A DNA stretch of 61,504 nucleotides from Pyrinomonadaceae bacterium (GTDB taxonomy: Bacteria > Acidobacteriota > Blastocatellia > Pyrinomonadales > Pyrinomonadaceae), in assembly GCA_035606195.1 (NCBI GenBank), contig DATNFX010000313.1, positions 1 through 61,504 of the forward strand, written 5' to 3'. The number at the start of each line of letters is the position of its first letter. Within the stretch, counting starts at the first letter, position 1. The notes below the pieces were generated by a model. It saw only the letters and a list, made by a program, of their open reading frames with translations. It was not told the origin of the DNA and ran no database searches. Below are positions 36,401-45,400 of the stretch, in pieces. Position numbers and translations under genes: made by a program.

Positions 36401-39400
36401 AGTCGCCAGGCGCTCGCGTTTACTCTTTTGAACCGCTGCCGCCGAACTTCGAAGCGTTGCAGACGAACGTAAAGTTCTATGGCCTCGACGTCGAGCTTTT
36501 TGAGTGTGGACTTTCGAGCCGGCGTGAGACGGCGACTTTCACTTTTTATCCCCATGCAGCGGCGATGTCGGGCAAGGGTAGCCGCGTCGATGAAGACAAG
36601 GCCGCGGCCCGCGCGAACGTGGGCAGTTGGCTTAAGACCTTTGAGCACAATTCTCAGACGCCGGGTCAGTACGATCTCGATAGTTTTGTCGAACACTACC
36701 TGATTGGCGAGTCGTATACCTGCCAGCTCCGCACCCTTTCCGAGGTCATTCGTGAAAACGAAATTGAGCGTATCGATCTGTTGAAGCTCGACGTAGAACG
36801 AAGCGAGTTTGACGTGGTTTTGGGAATTGAGGACGAGGATTGGAAGAAGATCAGACAGTTTGTGATCGAAGTCCATTCCGATGGGCTGCTGGAGCAGATC
36901 ACAGCGCTCTTGCGCACACGCGGATTCACGTTTGTAGTGGAGAAGAGTGCGATCGTGGAAACGACCAGCCAGGACATCGTTCGGGGTTACATGCTTTATG
37001 CGTGGGACCCGGAGCAGCGGGCCGCTAGCAATGGTAATGGCGCGAATCCTGCACCCGAGGTCCCCGAATTGTCGCCGGACGATTTGCGAAATTTCCTGCG
37101 GGAACATCTGCCGATCCAGATGATCCCGTCGGCGTTTGTTTTGCTGAAAGAGCTGCCGTTAATGGCCAGCGGCAAAGTTGACCGCTGCGCACTACCTGCG
37201 CCGGATGGCCCAATAATCCTGACGGACGAACACGTCGCGCCGCGAACTCCCGTTGAAGAGATCGTCGCGGGAATCTGCGCCTCGGTCCTGCGCCTCGATG
37301 ACATCAGTGTGACCGGCAACTTTTTCGATCTCGGCGGTCATTCACTCCTGGCGGCGCAGGTGATTTCTCGCGTACGTGAGACATTTCATATCGAACTGAG
37401 TCTCCGCAATCTGTTCCTGAAGCCGACGGTCGAGGGGCTTGCAGAGAACATCGAAAGATCGCTGAAGGCCGGCGAACAGGTAGCGGTCGGGACTATCGCG
37501 CGAGTTTCCCGTGCGGTCGACCTGCCACTTTCCTTCTCGCAGCAGCGGATCTGGTTCCTGGACCAGATGGCCGGCGGCACGCCTTACTACAACATTATTT
37601 CGCGCGTGCGTCTGCAGGGAGAATTGAATCTCGACGCACTGCAAAGGGCGTTCGCGGAGATCGTCCGGCGTCATGAGATTCTCCGCACGACGTTTGCAAA
37701 CTTTAGAGGTCGCCCAACGCAGATCGTCAGTCCGTGGACGCCGTCAACGTTGGAGATCGAAGAGATTGCGGGCGAAACGGACGAGGAACGAGCAGAAAAT
37801 GCTCGTTTGCTTGCACGGCAAGAGGCCATGGAGCCGTTTGATTTGAGCAGCGGCCCGCTGTTACGCGTTCGCATTCTGCGTCTTAGCGACGCAGAGCACC
37901 TCGCTATTCTCAAGCTGCACCACGTGATCTCGGACGGATGGTCCACCAGTGTGCTCGTGAATGAGCTCTCGACGCTTTACTCGGCTTTCTTGCAGGACCA
38001 ACCGTCGCCGCTGGCTGAGTTGCCGTTTCAATATAGCGATTACGCAGTTTGGCAACGCGGATGGTTGCAGGGCGAAGTGCTCGAAACGCAACTGAACTAC
38101 TGGCGCCGGCAACTCAAGGACGCTCCGGCATTGCTCGAGCTGCCCACAGACAAGCCACGCCCTGCGATTCAAACTTTCAACGGCGCTCCCGAGCACTTCG
38201 AGATTGGACCAGAGCTGGCGGCGCGACTGCGTGGACTCTCCCGGGACGAAGGCGCAACGCTCTTCATGACATTGCTGGCGGCGTTTACGACGCTGCTCTA
38301 TCGCTACTCCAATCAAAACGACATCGTAATTGGCACCGACATCGCCAACCGCACGCGCGCTGACATCGAAAACCTGATCGGTTTCTTCGCAAACATGGTG
38401 CTGTTGCGCAGCAACGTGTCTGATAATCCGACTTTTGCGGAACTGCTGGGCCGGATTCGCGAAACTGCTCTCGGCGCTTATGCGCATCAGGATCTGCCTT
38501 TCGAAAAACTGGTTGAGGAACTGCAGCCGGAACGCAGCCTGAGCCACGCGCCGTTCTTCAATGTGGTTTTCGTTCTGCAGAACACGCCGCGGAACGCGCT
38601 TGAGCTGCCCGGCCTCAAAGTCACGCCCGAACCGTTTGAGAGCAACTTCACGCGCTTCGATCTCGAGTTTCATCTCTGGGAAAGCGAAGAGCGGCTGAGC
38701 GGATTTCTCATTTCAAACACCGATCTGTTCGAACCTGACACGATACGACGGTTACTCAACCACTTCACTAATTTGCTCGAAGGAATTGTCGCTGATCCGG
38801 ATCGCCGGATTGCCAGCTTGCCCTTGCTCTCAGTGGACGAGCGCTGTCGCTTCTTGACGACTGCGAACAACACAACCGCCGATTACCCGCGAAACGGACT
38901 CATTGCGCAACACTTTGAGTCACAGTGTGCGCGAACACCGGAGGCCACAGCACTGATTTTCGGCGAACGCGAGATGACTTACCACGAACTCAATCGCCGT
39001 GCTAATCAGCTGGCGCACCATCTCAAGTCGCTTGGCGTCGGGCCGGAGATCCCGGTCGCGCTCTGCATTGAACGTTCGTTTGAAATGGTCGTCGCGCTGC
39101 TGGCGATTATCAAAGCAGGTGGTTACTACGTGCCGCTGGATCCTGAATATCCGATCGGCGGGTTGGAGTTCATATTTAACGACCTGGCGATCCCCGTCGT
39201 GGTAACGCAAGAGTCGCTGTTGGGCGTGCTGCCTGCGCACTGGTCGCACGTGTTGAGTTTGGATACCGATTGGGACGCCATCGCTCGGAAGAGTGATGAG
39301 AATCTCCGCCTTGAGGGAATAGCCGAGCACCTTGCCTATGTGATGTACACGTCAGGTTCGACGGGCCAGCCGAAAGGTGTCGCGGTCACGCACCGCGGCG

Positions 39401-42400
39401 TTTTGCGTCTCGTAAAAGAAACCAACTATGCAAGCTTCGGAAGCGACGAAGTATTTTTGCAATTGGCGCCAATCACATTCGACGCTTCAACGTTCGAAGT
39501 ATGGGGCAGTCTGCTTAACGGCGGGCGGCTTGTGATCTTTCCTCCGAAAGCGCCTGCATTGGAAGAAGTGGGCGCAGCGTTGCGACGTCATGGTGTGACA
39601 ACTTTATGGCTCACAGCCGGCCTGTTTCACCTGATGGTGGATCAACGGCCCGATGATTTGCGCGAGTTGCGTCAACTCCTTGCGGGTGGCGATATATTGT
39701 CGGCTGCGCACGTGCAAAAAGTGCTGAGAAGTTTTCCCGGTCGCTTGATAAATGGCTATGGACCAACTGAAAACACCACCTTCACGTGCTGTTATCCAAT
39801 GATGAGGGGGGAGGAGTCTCGCGACGTGGTTCCCATTGGTCGCCCGATCTCAAACACGCAAGTCTATTTGCTGAATCGAGATCTCGAGCCGGTACCTCCC
39901 GGAGTAGCAGCCGAGCTTTACACTGGCGGCGACGGCCTGGCGCGTGGCTACCATTATCGACCAGAGCTAACGGCCGAGCGTTTCATTCCGCATCCCTGCG
40001 GCAAACCCGGTGAACGGCTCTATCGCACTGGTGATCTGGCGCGTTACCTGCCGGACGGCCGGATAGAGTTTGCCGGCCGGTTGGACCATCAGGTCAAGGT
40101 ACGCGGCTTCCGCATTGAGCTGGAAGAGATCGAGGGTGTGTTGGCAGCACATCCGGCCGTGCGGCAATGTGTAGTCCTCGCGCGTGCAGATGCCGGACTT
40201 GAAAAGCAGTTGGTCGCATACGTCGTGCTCGAAGACGAGCGAGAGTTGATCGCGACCGGCATGCGAAGTTACCTCGGCCAGCACCTGCCGGATTACATGG
40301 TTCCTTCGCAGCTCGTCATACTTGATTCTTTTCCGCTAACGGCGAACGGCAAAGTCGACCGGCAGGCGCTGCCTGCGCCCGGCGAAGTGCGAGACAAGGT
40401 GAAGGAGGAGTATGTTCCGGCGCGCACTCCCGCGGAGAAGGCACTCGTCGAAATTTGGCAGGACGTGCTGGGAGTCGAGCGTGTCAGTGTTAACGACAAT
40501 TTCTTCGATCTCGGCGGAGATTCAATTCGCAGTATTCAAGTACACGCAAGGGCGGAGGAGCATGGCTATCAGGTTTCGGTGCGGGAGATCCTCCAGCTTC
40601 AGACAATTGCCGAACTGGCGCGTGTCGCTGAAAGAACTGATTCCGGTGTGGCTGAATCCTGCAAGAGCGATGCGTTCGGCCTGGTCGGCATCGATGATCG
40701 CCACAGGCTGCCTGAAAGTATCGAAGACGCGTATCCACTCTCGTTCCTTCAGCGCGGAATGTTGTATCACACGAATTTGAGTGGAGAGTTGGCGCTCTAT
40801 CATGTGATCTTCAGTTGCGTCGTTCGTGGTTCACTCGAAATCGAGGCGCTAAAGGGAGTGCTGCAACGTGTGACGGAGCAGCATCCGATTTTACGTACCT
40901 CCTTCGATCTACACAGTTACAGCGAACCGCTACAACTCGTACACGATCGCGTGACCGTGCCGTTTGAGGTGGTGGATTTAGCGTATTTGGCGGCGACCGA
41001 TCGGAAACAGGCGTTCGCCGAGTGGCAGGAAGAAGAGAAGAGGCGTGGTTTTGATTGGTCTTCACCGCCCATCATGCGTCTAAGGCTCTTTGTCCACGGC
41101 GAAACCGAGTTTCGCATCGCGCTCAGTTTTCACCATGCGATTCTCGATGGGTGGAGTTTGAGTTCGATGTTGTCAGAGCTCTTCTCGCTCTATCAGGAAC
41201 TCCGTGATAGGGAGGAGCCTGCGACTAGCTTCAGAGACTTCATTGCTCTCGAACAGCAAGCGTTGCATTCGGAGGAAAACCAGCGCTACTGGTCGGAAAA
41301 ACTATCAACTCTGCCATTCACTATGTTGCCGCCGCGGGAAGGATCCGCGCCACCTGACGCAAGCAGAAATATTTTGCAGGTGCGTTTTGATAGTGAGTTA
41401 GCCGGTGGTTTGAAATCGTTTGCGCGTCGCGCTGGAGTGCCACTCAAGTCAGTGCTGCTGGCGGCGCACTGCAAGATACTTGGGGTGCTTACCGGGCAGC
41501 CCGAGGTCACAACAGGTCTTGTCTCCAACGGTCGCCCTGAAGCGGGCGGTGGAGATCGAGCGCTCGGCCTGTTTTTGAACACGGTTCCATTCTCAACGCG
41601 GATCCAGGACAAGTCGTGGCTCGATCTGGCCCAGGCCGTCGCTGCTGAGGAGAATGAGCTTTCAGCATTTCGCCGCTATCCGCTCGCGGAACTGCAAAGA
41701 GCACGTGGCGGTGAACCGCTTTTTGAGGCGACATTCAATTACACACACTTCCACATTCTCGAAAACGTGCATGAAAGCAATGACTTCAAGGTCGTCGATG
41801 CCGAAGTGTTTAGCCAGATCAACTTTCCATTCAGCGCCGGGTTCGATCTAAACAATTCGGAACTGGTGTTGATACTCGAACACGATCTCTCGCGGATAAG
41901 CCTCCAACAGATCGACGAGATCAAGAACTACTATGCCGGGGCGCTGCACGCGATCGTCTCGAATCCAGCCGGCAAGGACAATTCCTGGGCGCTCGTTGAA
42001 GCCGAGCGTCGCCGGCTGCTGGTCCAGTGGAACGAGACAAGCGCTGATTACCCTCGCGAAGTTTGTTTGTATGAATTGATCGAGGCGCAGGTAGAGCGTA
42101 CGCCCGCTGCGGTGGCCCTCATTTCAGGTGACGAGCAAACGAGCTATCGCGAATTGAATGAACGCGCGAACCAGTTCGCGCACTATCTCGAGTCATTGGG
42201 CGCAGGGCCGGACGTCCTCGTTGGCGTCATGCTGAATCGTTCAGTCGATATGATCGTGGCGCTGCTCGCGGTGTTAAAGGCGGGTGCAGCATATGTACCG
42301 CTCGATCCGGCCTACCCGCGCGAACGTTTGCGCTTCATGATCGAAGACGCAGGAGTGTCGATTTTGCTGACCGAACAGGCCCTGGTTGACAGGTTGCCCG

Positions 42401-45400
42401 AGAATGGGCCAAAGCGAGTACTTATCGATACGGACAAGACAGCGATTCAACCACACAGCCGAATGAGCCCGTTAAGTGGCGTGAGCGCCGGCAACCTCGT
42501 CTACATAATCTATACCTCCGGGACAACGGGGCGACCGAAAGGTGTAATGTTGGACCACCGCGAAGTCGTGAATTGTGTGCTGTGGATGCAAAGCACCTAC
42601 GCATTAACGCCGCAAGACTCCATGCTGTGTAAGACAACACTCAACTTCGATCCGTCGATTTGGGAGATCTTTTGGCCGTTGCTGACCGGCGGTCGGGTAG
42701 TACTGACCCGGTCAGAGGACCAGCACGACAGCGCTGCCCTTTTGCAAATAATTATCGATCGTCACGTGACCATCGCGTATTTTGTGCCTGCGATGCTGAG
42801 GCTCTTTCTGTCTGAGGACGGCGTCGCACAAGCGAGGTCTCTGCGAAAAGTGATCTGCGGCGGGGAGTCTTTGCCTCACGATCTGGTGAAGTTGTTTTAT
42901 CAACGCCTGCCGCAGGCGACACTGCATCACTCGTACGGACCGACGGAAACGGCCATTGCGTCTGTAGAGACGATCTGCGCGCCGGATTCCCCGTACGGAG
43001 TGACGCCGATAGGCCGTCCGCTGGCAAACACCGAGTTATATGTGTTGGATCAGCAGATGCAACCCGTTCCGCGCGGCGTGATTGGAGAACTGTTTATTGG
43101 TGGAGAGGGATTAGGTCGCGGTTATCTCAAGCGACCGGACCTGACGGCTGAAAGGTTTGTGCCGGATCCTTTCGGACCCAGACCGCATGGCCGCCTGTAT
43201 CGCACCGGCGACATGGTCCGCTACCTGCCATGCGGGAACCTCGAGTTTCACGGGCGCCGTGACGAGCAGGTGAAATTGCGCGGCCTTCGCATCGAGCTGG
43301 GAGAGATTCAAGCCGCTATCACAGTCGAGCAGGACGTGGAGACGGCGCTTGTTACGTTGCGTCACGATCATTCGGGAGGGAGCAGTCTGATCGCCTATGT
43401 TGTTCCGAAACCCGGCTCTGAGTTAGTCGTTGCCGAACTCCGGCAAAGAGTTGCGCAACGTCTGCCCGCCGCGATGGTCCCCACGGCATTCATGATTATC
43501 GAGACGCTTCCGCTGTTGCCGAACGGCAAGGTGGATCGCGCGGCGCTACCGAATCCGGAGTTTGAAGTTGCGAATGACTACCTCGTTCCGCGCGACGCCG
43601 TAGAAGAATTGATCGCGGGTATTTGGGCTGAGCTTCTCGATCTCGAGCGCGTCGGCGTACACGACGACTTTTTCACGATAGGTGGACACTCTTTAATCGC
43701 CACGCAAGTGATGGCGAGACTATTTGACGTGTTCCACGTCGACCTCGGTCTGCGCAGTTTGTTTGAGACACCGACGGTCGCCGCGCTCGCACAAAGAATT
43801 AACTGCGCTATGCGCGAAGGAAGGTTGAGCCAGCCGTTCGAAATTGGACCGTGGCCGCGGCCGCAGCCGCTGCCTCTGTCGTTTGCGCAGCAGCGACTCT
43901 GGTTCCTGGAACAATTGGGATCGCCCGGGGCCGCTTATCACATTCCAGTCATCTTCCGCATTCGCGGCCGGCTCGACGTCGAGGTGCTTGCACGAGTTGT
44001 GAACGAGATCATGCAGCGTCACGAGTCGCTGCGCACAAGTTTCCACGTCGTTGACGGTGCCCCTGTGCAGGTGATCAACCGTTATCAAGAAGTGTCGCTA
44101 CCACTTATCGACTTGAGCGACCTGCCAGAAGAGCAACGAGAAGCTGACGCAGTGTTGCTTTCGAGCCAGCAGTCACAACTGAGGTTTGACTTGTCTGCTG
44201 GTCCGCTTATGCGCGTTTGTCTGCTGCGGTTGAATCAACAGGAGCATGTGCTGCAACTCACGCTGCATCATTTGATCGCTGACGGTTGGTCAGTGGCCGT
44301 ACTGGCCCGCGAGACTCGCGCGCTGTACGAAGCAGTCTGTCAGGATCAGCCGTCGCCTCTGCCTGCGCTCGAGATACAGTACGCCGACTTCGCTTTGTGG
44401 CAACGCGAGTGGTTACAGGGCGATCTGCTTGCTGGACAGATCGACTATTGGCGCCGGCAACTGGCCGGCGCGCCCCCGGCGCTCGAACTCCCCACGGACC
44501 AGACGCGTCCGGCACTGCAGAGCTTCCGAGGCTCGCAAATCGGGTTCACACTGGCGCGCGCATTAACACAAGAGTTGCACAGCTTGAGCCGGCGTGAGGG
44601 CACGACAATCTTTATGACGTTGCTAGCCGCGTACGCTGTGCTGCTGTCGCGTTATGCAAATCAGGCGGACGTCGTGGTGGGCACTCCAATCGCAAATCGC
44701 AGGCAAACTGAACTCGAAGGCCTCATCGGATTCTTCGCCAACACACTTGCCCTTCGCGTTAAGGTACATCCGGAGCTCACGTTCCGCGCGTTGCTGCGCA
44801 ACGTTCGTGAAGTGACTCTCGGGGCTTATGCTAATCAGGACGTGCCGTTCGAAAGACTCGTTGAAGAGTTACGCCCGGCTCGCGAACTGAATCGAAACCC
44901 GTTCTTCCAGGTGACGTTTGGGGTGCAGAACATTCCGCACGCGCAACTAAATCTACCGGGGCTCGAAATCGGGGTGCAGGAGTTCGTTACGGGTGCGACA
45001 AGATTTGATCTCGAATGTTTTCTACGCGAGGAAGACGGCGAGTTACGCGGCAATTTTACCTACAGCACGGATCTGTTCGAACAACAAACGATCGAGAGCA
45101 TGCTGCGTCACTTCGAGCGACTGCTGGAACTCGTGGTCGCTGATCCAAAACAGCAGCTTTGCGAGATTCAGCTATTGACGCCTGAGGAAGAGCAACAATT
45201 GATTCGGCGGCGTGATGCTCAGTTGAAGCGCGGCGGTAATCAGGTTGAGGCCGCAGACAAGGGACCGCCACAAGCACCCGCATCGACCGCGGCGACAGAG
45301 TTAGTCGCTGAGATCTGGGCTGAAGTGCTGGGCCTCGAACGCGTTGGTTTGCACCAGGACTTCTTCGAGCTCGGAGGCCATTCGCTGCTCGCAACACGAG

